A stretch of DNA of 64,000 nt from Squalus acanthias (lineage: Eukaryota): the NCBI GenBank assembly GCA_030390025.1, contig CM059432.1:12276001-12340000 (forward strand). Direction: 5' to 3'. Position 1 is the first letter of the stretch. Each line of letters begins with the position of its first letter. The position numbers and the translations under genes are program-made. Positions 36,479 to 49,209 of this stretch are shown here, piece after piece. The notes beneath the pieces are model-generated. The model did no database searches. It saw nothing but the letters and a program-made list of their open reading frames with translations, and was not told the DNA's origin.

Positions 36479-37260
36479 AACAGCAACAACTTGTATTTAT
36501 AGAGCGCCTTTAACGTAGTAAAACGTCCCAAGGCGCTTCACAGGAGTATTTTAAGACAAAAAATTTGACACCGAGCCACATAAGGATAAATTAGGGCAGG
36601 TGACCATTGGCTTGGTCAAAGAGGTAGGTTTTAAGGAACGTCTTAAAGGAGTAAAGAGAGGTAGAGAGGCGGAGAGGTTTAGGCAGGGAATTCCAGAGCT
36701 TAGGGCCCAGCCACCAAAGATTGAGCGATTATAATCAGGGATGCTCAAGAGGGCAGAATTAGAGGAGCGTAGATGTCTCAGGGGGTTGTGGGGCTGAAGG
36801 AGATTACAGAGATAGGGAGGGGCGAGGGCCATGGAGGGATTTGAAAACAAGGATGAGAATTTTGAAATCGAGGCGCTGCTTAACCGGGAGTCAATGTAGG
36901 TCAGCGAGCACAGGGGTGATGGGCGAACGGGACTTGGTGCGAGTTAGGACACGGGCAGCTGAGTTTTGGATGACCTCAAGTTTACGTAGGGTAGAATGTG
37001 GGAGGCCAGCCAGGAGTGCGTTGGAATAGTCAAGTCTAGAGGTAATAAAGGCATGGATGAGGGTTTCAGCAGCAGATGAGCTGAGGCAGGGGAGAGACGG
37101 GTGATGTTACGGAGGTGGAAGTAGGCGGTCTTTGCTATGCTGCAGATATGTGGTCGGAAGCTCATTTCAGTGTCAAATATGACACCAAGGTTGCGAACAG
37201 TGTGGTTCAGCCTCAGACAGATGTTAGGGAGAGGAATGGAGTCAGTGGCTAGGGAACGGA
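36479..37260 (-). mobile_element. L2 3' fragment (longest here); a SacSINE tail abuts at 37262-37360
   Basis: MSFRPHICSIAKTAYFHLRNITRL.. Confidence 0.9.
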
Positions 37261-38165
37261 GTTACAACAGTGACTACACTTCAAAAGTACTTCATTGGTT
37301 GTAAAGCGCTTTGGGACGTCCTGAGATCGTGAAAGGCACTTTAGATAAATGCAAGCCTTTCTTTTACCTGCAGCTTAACAACGCCCTTAAAGAATCTTCC
37401 CGCCGTTTGAACAATAGTATTCCCTGCTTTTTCTTTAAAAATAAAAATCATAATCTTCAAATCAATTATGGAAGACACAGTAAATCATCGCACCACACAA
37501 TATCTGCTGATCTCAATTGAATGCATTTTATGGGAAAGGCACTTTATGCTGAAGAATTTCTTCTGGGAAATATTTCTGGAGCTGCTGAATTTCTTTGCCA
37601 GTGATAAATGAAATACAAGGCAGATTAGGGAGCAGATACAACAGAGAAAAACCACAGGAAAAGGGTAGCAACTACAAGGGTCTTTCTTTAGTCTCCTTCT
37701 CCTTAAATACTCAAGGGCAGGGTGAAACACAGCAGCTAAAGGTGGTCCCATTCCCAAGACAGTTCTTCCACCTCAGTGCCTGGGTGATAGAAGTGCTGTC
37801 AGTGCAGGCACTGCTGTGAACACATTTTTTTTTAAAGCCAGATATTCAAAAAGGGAAAAGGGGAGGATTGCTATGACGACTGGACTCATGTGCGAGCTTT
37901 TCTTCCCCCTACTCTCTCTCTCTCTCTCCCCCCGTTCTCTCTCAAGTACCGAGTAAGATGGTGGACGACAAATTTATCGTGAGGGACAGCTCAGAACGGA
38001 GCCAGAGGCACGGGGGGTGGGGGGAGAACAGAAATGGGCTTTGCTTAATGCTTTACAGAAAAATCAACAACTAGAAGTCTTCTTTGACTTTTAAAAAGGC
38101 GCAGTTTTAAAGACCTTAAACTTTGACACTTTCACTTTTGTGAGTTAAATCTTCCATCTTCACTG

Positions 38166-38625
38166 TCAGCTGTGGCTCAGTGGGTAGCACCCTCACCTCT
38201 GAGTCAGAAGGTTGTGGGTTCACAGTCCCACTCCAGGGACTTGAGCACATAAAGCTAGGCTGACACTCCACTCCCAGTGCGGTGCTGAGGGAGCGCTGCA
38301 CTGTCGGTGGTGCCGTCTTTCGGATGAGACGTTAAACCGAGGCCCCCGTCTGCCCTCTCAGGTGGACGTAAAAGATCCCTTGGCACTATTTCTAAGAGGA
38401 GCAGGGGAGTTATCCCCGGTGTCCTGGCCAATATTTATCCCTCAACCAACATAACAAAAACAGATTATCTGGTCATTATCACATTGCTGTTTGTGGGAGC
38501 TTGCTGTGCGCAGATTGGCTGCCCTGTTTCCCACATTACAACAGTGACTCCACTTCAAAAAGTACTTCATTGACTGTAAAGCGCTTTGAGACGTCCGGTG
38601 GTCGTGAAAGGCAAGTCTTTCTTTC
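38166..38625 (+). mobile_element. SacSINE1-type SINE, full length
   Basis: tggctcagtgggtagcac head, Deu core, tail. Confidence 0.9.
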
Positions 38626-39589
38626 TTTCTAGGTATATATCATCCTCCAACATTATTTAACCTGAAGGCTAATAGAACACTGACAACACAAGTTTTCCGA
38701 ATATAAAATTCCTAAAAATAAACATTTTTTGGACTTTAGAATTGTATGTAACGCAGACTAAACGTGCTGTCTGTGCTCCTTGGCTTGCACTGACATCCCA
38801 GATCCTGACACGAAGAATGAATCATCACGTTGCAGTTTACAGCTATTCAGAACTTACAGCTCGCCACGTATGAAAGAGCTGGCTTAAAAATACTCTCAGC
38901 ACATGAGGTTCAAGAAAGCTTCCTGAACAAAAGGATAAAAATAAAGCTAGGAATTTGTGGAAGGACAAATGACATAAGTGGTCGCTGCTGTAGCCAAGCA
39001 TCGAGTACCTACCTGCAGCATCTGAAATGTGGAAGAGGAACGGATAGGGGGTGGTGGGGAGGGGTGGGGGGGGTGGGGGGGAAGTCTTTGATGAATTAAA
39101 ATGTGCTGTGATGATGTAAAACGTTTGAGTGCTAAAGGACATCAAGACTGAGGCGATCATCAGACAAGCCCACGTACACCAACGGTTGCAAACCTCTCCT
39201 TACAACAATTCACACCGGAAATAAAATATGGGCAGATTCTGCATGGCAGCTGCTGCTGTTTAAATCCAGCATGGAAGGTTTAAACTAGCTAACATTGGAA
39301 ATAACGTTTGATTTTGCATGTGGCCCCCCCCCACTCCTTGACGTTAAGCTCGGGCATGGCAATCCCAAGTCACGTTACCCCAAGTAGCAAGTCTTCAGAT
39401 GTGAGCTGAAACAGAGATCGCTTGATCTGTTCTTTGACCAGAAGCGTCTTCACTGCTGTGCCCGATTCAATCACTGCGTAACCTCCGGTTAGTGATCCAG
39501 CAAAGTTACTTTAATAAAATTGTAACGAGTGGTTTTGTGCGCATTTCTTTTTCCAGATATATATATATATATATGGGGTTTTGATATGA

Positions 39590-40207
39590 GTAAACAAGGA
39601 GAAACTGTTCCAATGGCAGGAGGGTCGGTAACCAGAGGACACAGATTTAAGATAATTGGCAAAAGAACCAGAGGGAAAAGATGAGGAGAATTTATTGGAT
39701 GCAGTGAGTTGTTATGATCTGGAATGCACTGCCTGAGAGGGTGGTGGAGCAGAATCAATAATAACTTTCAAAAGGGAACTTTCAGAGGCCCCGTCTACCC
39801 TCTCAGGTGGATGTACAAAGATCCCAGGGCACTATTTTGAAGAAGAGCAGGGGAGATCTCCCCGGTGTCCTGGCTAATATTTATCCCTCAATCAACATCA
39901 CTAAAACAGATTATCTGGTCATTTTCACATTGCTGTTTGTGGGAGCTTGCTGTGCGCAAATTGGCTGCCGCGTTTCCTACATTACAACAGTGACTACACT
40001 TCAAAAAGTACCTCATTGGCTGTAAAGCACTTTGGGACGTCCTGAGGTTGTGAAAGGCGCTATATAAATGTAAGTCTTTCTTTTTATAAATACTTAAAAA
40101 GGAAAAATTTGCAGGGCTATGGGGAAAGAGTAGGGGGAGTGGGACTAATTGGATTGCTCTTTCAGAGAGTCGGCACAGGCACGATGGGCCGAACAGCCTC
40201 CTTCTGT
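39590..40207 (+). mobile_element. CR1 3' end with nested SacSINE fragment (39786-40082)
   Basis: CR1 ..ttcaaaagggaact resumes as ataaatacttaaaaaggaaa after the SINE tail. Confidence 0.8.
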
Positions 40208-40390
40208 TTCGAAGTGCAGTGAACAGAAAGTACTTCCCTCACGCCTTTCCTCGTAATGCTCAATATATAATTACGATGAAATGTCTGATAAAGTGGAAAA
40301 TTGTATTAACAAGGACACAACAGGTTTGCTATTTAACCTGCTCTAATATCAATACATGAACGTATACTGTCACAGTCTGATAGCTCCACC

Positions 40391-40666
40391 GACCATAGTC
40401 CTCCCGTGCTTCTCTCTGAAGACCACAGACCCCCCGTGCTTCTCTCTGAAGACCACAGTCCCCCCGTGCTTCTCTCTGAAGACCACAGTCCTCCCGTGCT
40501 TCTCTCTGAAGACCACAGTCCCCCCGTGCTTCTCTCTGAAGACCACAGTCCCCCCGTGCTTCTCTCTGAAGACCATAGTCCCCCCGTGCTTCTCTCTGAA
40601 GACCATAGTCCTCCCGTGCTTCTCTCTGAAGACCATAGTCCCCCAGTGCTTCTCTCTGAAGACCAT
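40391..40666. repeat. Minisatellite, 30-bp unit x ~9.2
   Basis: Unit gacca(c/t)agtcc(c/t)cccgtgcttctctctgaa. Confidence 0.97.
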
Positions 40667-40989
40667 GTAACTAACCTTGCTTGACTGCAGCTAAAAACTT
40701 GTTTCCAAGACAACCTGTATGGTCAGTCGGTAACGACTCCTCTCAAGTCACAACCACTATGTTTAAAATGACAGCTTTTGGCACTAAAAGCTGCTGAACA
40801 ATATTAGATTAAACATTTAATTCAGGAGATATTGGGGGGCGATTTTAACCCTACTCCCTCAGCAGAAACCTGGCGGGTGGGCAGTTAAAATCACCCCTGG
40901 CTCTTAGCTGTCCGAAAGCCACCATGATCGCAACATCTGCAATTTTAACCTGCACTCCTGAGCAGGCAAGGACACGCGCCCAGAGCCAG

Positions 40990-41320
40990 AGGGAATGGTA
41001 GCATAGTGGTTATGTTACTGGACTAGCAATCCAGAGGCCTGGACTAATAACCGGAGACATGAGTTCAAATCCCACCACGGCAGCTGGGGAATTTAAATTC
41101 AGTTAATTAAATAAATCTGGAACTTTATAAAGCTAGTATCAGTAATGGTGACCATGAAACTACCGGATTGTTGTAAAAACCCAACTGGTTCTCTAATGTG
41201 TTTTAGGGAAGGAAATCTGCCGTCCTTACCCAGTCTGGCCTATATGTGACTCCAGACCCACAGCAATGTGCTTGACTCTTAACTACCCTCTGAAATGGCC
41301 TAGCAAGCCACTCAGTTGTC
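40990..41320 (+). mobile_element. tRNA-derived SINE, third family
   Basis: ggtagcatagtgg A box, gagttcaaatccc B box. Confidence 0.8.
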
Positions 41321-41331
41321 AAGAGGCAGCT

Positions 41332-42033
41332 GCCCCTGCCATCAGGAACATCCTGTCTGTCTAGTCCTGTTAGAATTTTATAAGTTTCAATGAGATCCCC
41401 TCTCATTCTTCTAAACTCTAGCGAATATAAGCCTAATCGACCCAATCTCTCTTCATACGTCATTCCTGCCATCCCAGGCATCAGTCTGGTGAATCTTCGC
41501 TGCACTCCCTCAATGGCAAGAACATCCTTTCTCAGATAAGGCGACCAAAACTGCACACAACACTCAAGGTGTGGTCTCACCAAGGCCCTGTACAACTGCA
41601 GCAAGACATCCTTGCTCCTGTACTCGAATCCTCTCGCTATGAAGGCCAACATACAATTTGCCTTCTTAACCGCCTGCTGCACCTGCATACTTACCTTCAG
41701 CGACTGGTGCACAAGGACACCCAGGTCTCGTTGCACTTCCCCTTTTCCCAATCTATTGCCGTTCAGATAATAATCTGTCTTCCTGTTTTTGCCATCAAAG
41801 TGGATAACCTCGCATTTATCCACATTATACTGCATCTGCCATGCATCTGCCCAATCACCCAACCTGTCCAAATCATACTGGAGTTTCTCTGCATCCTCCT
41901 CACAGCACACACGCCCACCCAGCTTTGTGTCGTCTGCAAGCTTGGAGATATTACATCTAGCTCCCTCGTCTAGATCATTAATATATATTGTGAATAGCTG
42001 GGGTCCTAGCACTGATCCCTGCGGTACCCCACT
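41332..42033 (-). mobile_element. CR1 RT fragment
   Basis: SGVPQGSVLGPQLFTIYINDLD..ADDTKLGG. Confidence 0.93.
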
Positions 42034-42779
42034 ATTCAAAATTCAGAAAGCATGGCGACAAGGTTGCCGACCGGAAAACCTGTACTAAATAAACCTACAA
42101 CCACAGCCCGACACTTAACACAAGATCTAGAAGCTGACACAGAACCCAGCATAACACGTATCCAACACCCAGCACTGCTTTCAGGAGAATTTTTGGCCAA
42201 ACCTTATTGGCTTCCCCTATGGTGATGTAAACCATGCCAAAATGCACTACTTGTGCAATATCTTTGAAGAAATAGCAATCACTTATTCCCCAGAGATAGT
42301 CACGGGTTAGTACAGCACTTCTCACCGAAGTGACGACTGCCAACAATTTTTAAATGACTAAAAATGTCGAGTCGAAGTCGCTTTGCTCAGTGAGTAAGAC
42401 CAACTGCATGTTAAAGTTCTACAAACTACTGCACCTGAATTATCACTGCCTTCTCTTTTAGAGAAAAGCTGTTGTACAATAGCCACACTGCAGTAAATCT
42501 GGACTGACTGTAGAAATCCCAGAATCTGGACAGACACTGAAAATAGTGTTCGCAAACTGCTTCCTACTAGCAGATTGAAAGCTTAAAAGATGCACATATG
42601 GAAGGGCTGATGGCCATCAGTAAGCGTGTACGTATCTCCCATTTGGGACTGTATAATTTACGGTGTTAAATTTTATTTAAAACTAACAGATCTGTTGGTT
42701 CAATTCACAAATGCTCAGCACCTTATGTAAAATACCCATGAACTGCAGTGAAATAATTTAATAATAAATGAAATAATTG

Positions 42780-43270
42780 TCAGCCATGGCTCAGTTAGTA
42801 GCACTCTCAGAAGGTTGTGGGTTCAAGTCCCACTCCAGAGACTTGCGTAGAGGCTGACAATCCAGTGCAGTGCTGAGGGAGTCCTGCACTGTCGGAGGTG
42901 CCGTCTTTTGGATGAGGTGTTAAACTGTTCTGAACGCAGCTACTTTTTCCCCCGAGCTCTGTACTTGCTTGTAAACTGTTAAATCAGGAGGCTGTCTGCC
43001 CTCTCAGGTGGACGTAAAAGATCCCACGGCACTATTTCGAAGAAGAGCAGGGGAGTTATCCCCGGTGTCCTGGCCAATATTTATCCCTCAATCAACATCA
43101 TTAAAACAGATTATCTGGTCATTGTCACATTGCTGTTTGTGGGACCTTGCTGTGCGCAAATTGGCTGCTGCGTTTCCTGCATTACAACAGTGACTACATT
43201 GGCTGTACTTTATTGGCTGTACAGCGCATTGGGACATTGTGAAAGGTGCTATATAAATCCAAGTCTTTCA
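42780..43270 (+). mobile_element. SacSINE1-type SINE with an internal ~51-bp foreign insert
   Basis: Head, Deu core and tail; insert at ~42926-42976. Confidence 0.85.
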
Positions 43271-43285
43271 TTCTTCTTTCAAAAT

Positions 43286-43530
43286 TACATAGAACATACA
43301 CAGCACAGAAAACAGGCCATTTGGCCCAACTGGTCCACGCCGGTGTTTATGCTCCACCCACCCTTCATCATCTCACCCCATCAACATATCCTTCTATTCC
43401 TTTCTCCCTCATGTGCTTATCTAACTTCCCCTTAAATGCATCTGTGCTATTTGCTGCAACCACACCCTGTGGTAGTGAGTTCCACATTCTCACCACTCTC
43501 TGGGCAAAGAGGTTTCTTCTGAATTCCCTG
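43286..43530 (-). mobile_element. CR1 3' fragment
   Basis: Reverse CR1 tail and WNSLP region. Confidence 0.8.
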
Positions 43531-43883
43531 TTTGAATTTGAAGGACATTACCACTGTAAGACACAAGCGGACAAATGTGGGAATTCCACACTTTGGACAA
43601 GAGCCCACTTGGCTCATTTGAGTACGAACTGCGACCAGTTTTAATAGGGAAGGCTATTCCGACTAGATCGCCGTAGCACACAAAATCCATTAAGCTCCAG
43701 TAATAAAGGCAGCTTAGAATTAACCGGGTGCACAATATGGAGTGAGAATTGTACACAGGCTGAGTGTGTAGCTAGCAGTGTGAAGTTGGTACACACACCA
43801 GCTGATTCAATGCCGTTGCAAACCTAGCGTCCCTGTCACTTGATCGCTGATAGCAATCGTGCTAACATTGCTGTCCATGGAGG

Positions 43884-44461
43884 TTACATAGGATTACATA
43901 GGATATACGGCACAGAAACAGGCCATTCGGCCCAACCAGTCCATGCCGGCGTTTATGCTCCACTCGAGCCTCCTCCCGTCTTTCCTCATCTAACTCTATC
44001 AGCGTAACCCTCTATTCCCTCTCCCTCATATGCTTGTCCAGCCTCCCCTTAAATGCCTCTATACTATTCACTTCAACCACTCCCTGTGGTAGCGAGTTCC
44101 ACATTCTCATCACTCTCTGGGGAAAGAAGTTTCTTCTGAATTCCCTATTGGATTTCTTGGTGACTATCTTAAATTGATGGCCTCTAGTTATGCTCTTCCC
44201 CACAAGTGGAAACATTCTCTCTGTATCCACTCTATCAAAACCTTTCATAATTTTAAAGACCTCTATTAGGTCACCCCTCAGCCTTCTTTTTTCAAGAGAA
44301 AAAGAGACCCAGCCTGTTCATCCTTTCCTGATAGGTACACCCTCGAATTTCTGGTATCATCCTTGTAAACCATCTCTGCACCCTCTCCAGTGCCTCTATA
44401 TCCTTTTTATAATATGGCGACCAGAATTGTACGCAGTACTCCAAGTGTGGTCTAACCAAGG
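43884..44461 (-). mobile_element. CR1 3' fragment
   Basis: LVRPHLEYCVQFWSPYYKKD..MKGFDRVDTERMFP. Confidence 0.9.
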
Positions 44462-45137
44462 TGATCTTATGTAATACAAACGTGGAAGAAAACAAAAACC
44501 CCTTCAGCATTCCAAGCGCCCTGTGTTGTGCCGCTGGCAGTGGGGGGGGGGCTTCATACTCCGAGCTTGATGCTGGGATGTTGTAAAAGAAAAGTTCTGA
44601 CTGGTTGGACTTGGATTTTCACAGGTGTACATCAGATGCTTTAATCTGCGTGTACAAAACCAGCTTTCAATGTTCAATGTTTCAAGCTTTCTAAAATAGA
44701 CACGGCTTCCCTGATTAATTCATTACTTGAACATACTTAATTTCAGTTGTGTGCACTATTTTATAAATATAGTGAGAGCACGAGATTTCACTCTGCACAC
44801 ATTCACTAAGTCCCGATTTTTTTTTGTGCTTTAGTGATCCAAGAGATAAAAACAATGGGTAAGGCGATCAAGTCACAGACACCCATTCTCACCAATGCTG
44901 ATCGTGTATTTACTCAATAATGGGGGGCATATGTGCACGATGCACTATAGGTTGCAGAGTGGTTTGAAGGTGCCGGCCATCAGTTATCCTTGAAATTCCT
45001 TACATTACTGAAGGATGATCATTTAGAGATAGTGAGGCAATCTCAGGGACACGACTGTATGCTTGGGAGAAAACATCGGTGCATTATCGCTCCCAAACAT
45101 CCAGCACGGTGAGGGTAAACCTGGTGCAGGAAAGGAA

Positions 45138-45596
45138 AAGACTTGTATTTATATAGCGCCTTTCACAACCTCAGGATATCCCAAAAGACCTTTACAGCCA
45201 ATGAAGTACTTTTTGAAGTGTAGTCACTGTTGTAATGTAGGAAACACGGCAGCCAATTTTCACACAGCGAGCTCCCACAAACAGCAATGGGATAATGACC
45301 AGATAACCTGTTGTAGTGATATCGATTGAGGGATAAATATTGGCCAGGACACCGGGGATAACTCCGCTGCTCTTCTTCAAAAGAGTGCTCCGGGATTTTT
45401 TACGTCCACCTGAGAGGGCAGACGGGGCCTCAGTTCAATACCTAATCTGGAAGACGGTACCCTCCAACAGTGCAGCATTCCCTCAGCACTGCACTGGGAG
45501 TGTCAGCCTGGATTACATGCTCAAGTCCCTGGAGTGGGACTTGAACCCACAACTTTCTGACTCAGAGGCGAGAGTGCTATCCACTGAGCCACAGCT
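45138..45596 (-). mobile_element. SacSINE1-type SINE, full length
   Basis: Reverse complement of head, Deu core and tail. Confidence 0.9.
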
Positions 45597-45967
45597 GCTT
45601 GCACAGGTGAACGATGGCTTCTTCTTTTACTCTATTCTTCTGGCTGTTTAGTCCTGTAACGGTAGGAACTTGGGTTGCCAAGACTGAGACCCAAATCAGC
45701 GAAGGCCTTGACCCATAATTATCGTTGTATGAGAATTATCAGTTCTTCTTAAAAGTTTAAGCCCAATGTTGAGTGACACAAGGGTGTTGTTGTTCCAACA
45801 ATCTGTGCAGTGGAGCGGTGGGACCTAGCTTTGTGCCTGCAACGCCTTAATTTTGGCTTAACCATCAAGGCAACTGAGAAAAGATGCAGCCCCTTCCCCA
45901 CAGCATTGGTGGGGGGTGGGGCGGGAGGGGAGAGGAAAGAGAAATGTTTAATTGAAATGTACTACTG

Positions 45968-46337
45968 AAATTCTTACAAGGCTGGACAGGGTAGATGCAG
46001 GGAGGATGTTTCCCCTGGCTGGGGAGTCTAGAACCAGGGGGTCACAGTCTCAGAATAAACGGTCAGCCATTTAGGACTGAGATGAGGAGAAATTTCTTCA
46101 CTCAGAGGGTGGTGAATCTTTGGAATTCTCTACCCCAGAGGGCTGTGGAGGCTCAGTCATTGAGTATATTCAAGACAGAGATCGATAGATTTTTGAATAT
46201 TAAGGGAATCAAGGGATATGGGGATAGTGCAGGAAAGTGGAGTTGAGGTAGAAGATCAGCCATGATCTTATTGAATGGCGGAGCAGGCTCGAGGGGCCAA
46301 ATGGCCGACTCCTGCTCCTATTTCTTATGTTCTTATG
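45968..46337 (+). mobile_element. CR1 3' fragment
   Basis: Near-identical subfamily to 3607-3979. Confidence 0.9.
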
Positions 46338-46745
46338 TACTATTGCCTGAGCACGAGTCCTCGTCACCATCCTGTAATCCCCAATTGAAGAATGAGATAT
46401 GATGTGGGGCAGTTGAGGATCACAATGATATTTTGCAGATACAGGATTTAAATTAAATTTTAAAAAAAATGTACGTCCTGTTTATGACTCAAAACAACCT
46501 TAGTGGGCACGTGTTTCAAGGAGTAATTTCCTGTACATTTTATACAAGGCCAAACATTGCCTGCTCTGCTAACCACAGCTTCAGCAGGTAGAAGGGTAGA
46601 TACAGGTTCCTTGTTTATTGAATTGTTACAAGCCAATTGCATTTCCATCCACTTAAACGGTTCTATATCGGCTAAACTAATCAAATACATGTACAGTAAC
46701 AGTACTGTAATACCAGCACAGCTACAGCGCAATGATGCCCGAATG

Positions 46746-48390
46746 ACATAGTATTTACAGCACAGAAACAGGCCAACGCGAGCCTCCTCCCACCCCATCA
46801 ACATATCCTTCTATTCCTTCTCCCTCATGTGTTTATCTAGCTTCCCCTTTAAATGCATCTATACTATTCGCCTCAACTACTCCCTGTGGTAGCGAGTTCC
46901 ACATTCTCACCACTCTCTGGGTAATTGACGTATGAAGAGAGATTGGGTCGATTGGGCTTGTATTCGCTAGAGTTTAGAAGAATGAGAGGGGATCTCATTG
47001 AAACTTATAACATTCTAACAGGACTAGACAGACTAGATGCAGGAAGGATGTTCCCGCTGGTGGAGGAGTTCAGAACCAGGGGTCACAGTCTAAGGATAAG
47101 GGGTAAGCCATTTAGGACTGAGATGAGGAGGAATTTCTTCACCCAGAGAGTGGTGAACCTGTGGAATTCTCTACCACAGAAGGCAGTTGAGGCCAATTCA
47201 TTAAATATATTCAAGAAGGAGTTAGATATATTTCTTAAGGCTAAGGGGATCAAGGGATATGGGGAGAAAGCAGGGACAGGGTTCTGAATTTGGATGATCA
47301 GCCATGATCTCATTAAATGGCGGAGCAGGCTCGAGGGGCCGAGTGGCCTACTCCTGCTCCTATCTTCTATGTTTCTATGTTAAAGAAGTTTCTCCTGAAT
47401 TCCTTATTGGATTTATTAGTGACCAGCTTATATTCATGACCCCTAGTTCTGGTCTCCCCCCCGCAAGTGGAAACATCGGGCTGGATTTTGAATGACCCGT
47501 AGAGTCGGGGGGGGGGGGGGGGGTTAAACTTGCAGATTCAGGGGTCCCGACCCCATCCTGACTCCAACCCGCCTCCATGCCAGTTTCTCTGGCGGCGGGT
47601 ACCCGACCTGGTCTGAGACACGACTCCCCGAGGCGGGAAGGGATTAGTGACAATTAACTGCCTGTTAACAGGTAGTTAACAGGCAGTTTTTTGCATAATC
47701 CCTATTTTAAAAACAAAAATGTGGGCTTCTCGACAGGTGGCAAACACTCCAAGTTATCGGGGCGGGCCGTGGGTCTGCAGGGGTTGGAGGGGTCGATATG
47801 TCTGGTGGGCAGGTGAGTGATGGGTGCATGTGTGCAGAGGTAAGTGTGTAAGGTAAGTGCTAACTGTTGAAAAAAGTTTTACTTACCTTAATTTCCTCCT
47901 GCAGGTGTCAGCCCTTCAGTTCTCGGGAGTTAGAAATCTCACCGGCACAGAAAGCAGGAAAGCCGTGGACCTGTCAAAAACAGCAGCCTTCTGGTTTCTG
48001 TGCTGGAATGATTTCTAACTCAGCCTGAGAGGAAGGACTGAAGTTAGAAATCATATTGTCAGTGTTTGACAGCTTCACCGAGCTGTCAAACGCTGATATT
48101 TCATCTGTCAAAAGCTCTTGACAGATGAAATGTCAATCTGTGACGTCACCTGTTGCCGGGTGGCCCTTAATTGGCCTGCTGAGCCCACTGGGCGGGCTCA
48201 ACAAGGTCAATCAAGGGAAAATAGTGGGTTGGCCACATCTCGATGGAGGCGGGTTCACAAGCCAAAATGTGTGATTCCCGACCCCAACCCGACCCCAGTT
48301 TCAAAATCCAGCCCATCTTCTCTACCTCTATCTAACCTATCAAACCCTTTCATCATCTTCAAGACCTCTTCCAGTCTTCTCTTTTCTAGA
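46746..48390 (-). mobile_element. Antisense CR1 3' fragment hosting a nested CR1 (46926-47379, +) and a MITE
   Basis: Host cactctctgggtaa resumes as taaagaagtttctcc, and ggaaacatc resumes as ttctctacc. Confidence 0.8.
47478..48314. mobile_element. 837-bp MITE (PIF/Harbinger-like by 3-bp TSD)
   Basis: Perfect 15-bp TIR gggctggattttgaa/ttcaaaatccagccc; TSD atc on both sides. Confidence 0.85.
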
Positions 48391-48917
48391 TGCTCCTAAT
48401 TTTGTCGCAGATTTTGTTTTATTTTTAAACAGGCAATGGTTACCAATCAAGAAAAATGATCCTAACTCTTTCCTAAATTGCACAAGACAAGCAGTCAGTA
48501 ATCAGAATATACGAACACTGGGAATAGTTTTAAGGTTATGACATGGCAGATTTTAAACACTGAACAATTCTTCGCAGCACTTTAAAGAACAAATTGTGCC
48601 GGTTAGTTGACCATACAGGAGCATCTGAGATTTATTGAGCAATACAAAGTATTCCAGAATGCAGCCGTTTTATACCAGTCACCTGGAAACCACTGTACAG
48701 ATAGTCCTAAAATAAACTGCAAAATCTATGTAAATCCTTATTGCTATACTGGAGTTAGTGGCTGAGGATATATTTAAAAGACGAATCTGTACCACTGTTT
48801 ATGAGGCATCAAATCAAGTCTCCAAAAGTATCCTAAATATACATCGCTTGAAAACAAAATCTCTGTATTTCAATTAACATCAGTCCAAAAACTTCTTGTC
48901 GAAAGATGTAGTAATCT

Positions 48918-49095
48918 GGGTCAAAATGCTGGAACTCCCTCCCCAACAGCACTGTGGGAGTACCTTCACCACACGGACTGCAGCGGTTCAAGAAGGCGGC
49001 TCACCACCACCTTCTCAAGGGGCAATTAGGGATGGGCAATAAATGCTGACCTTGCCAGCGACGCCCACATCCCATAAACGAATAAAAGAAAAAAA
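48918..49095 (+). mobile_element. Second-family LINE 3' tail
   Basis: Matches 10366-10537. Confidence 0.8.
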
Positions 49096-49209
49096 TAAAG
49101 TTATTTAAGGTGAATCCTTACAACCGCATCATAACGATCAATTCATTGTTACTGTAATTGTTCCGAACGCAACTACTTTTTCCCCCGAGCTCTGAACTTG
49201 CTTATAAAC

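Noticed and set aside
40391..40666. CRISPR-like array or tandem hammerhead (unit contains CTGAAGA)
   Set aside because: No unique spacers and a eukaryotic context; no stem II or GAAA follows the CTGAAGA
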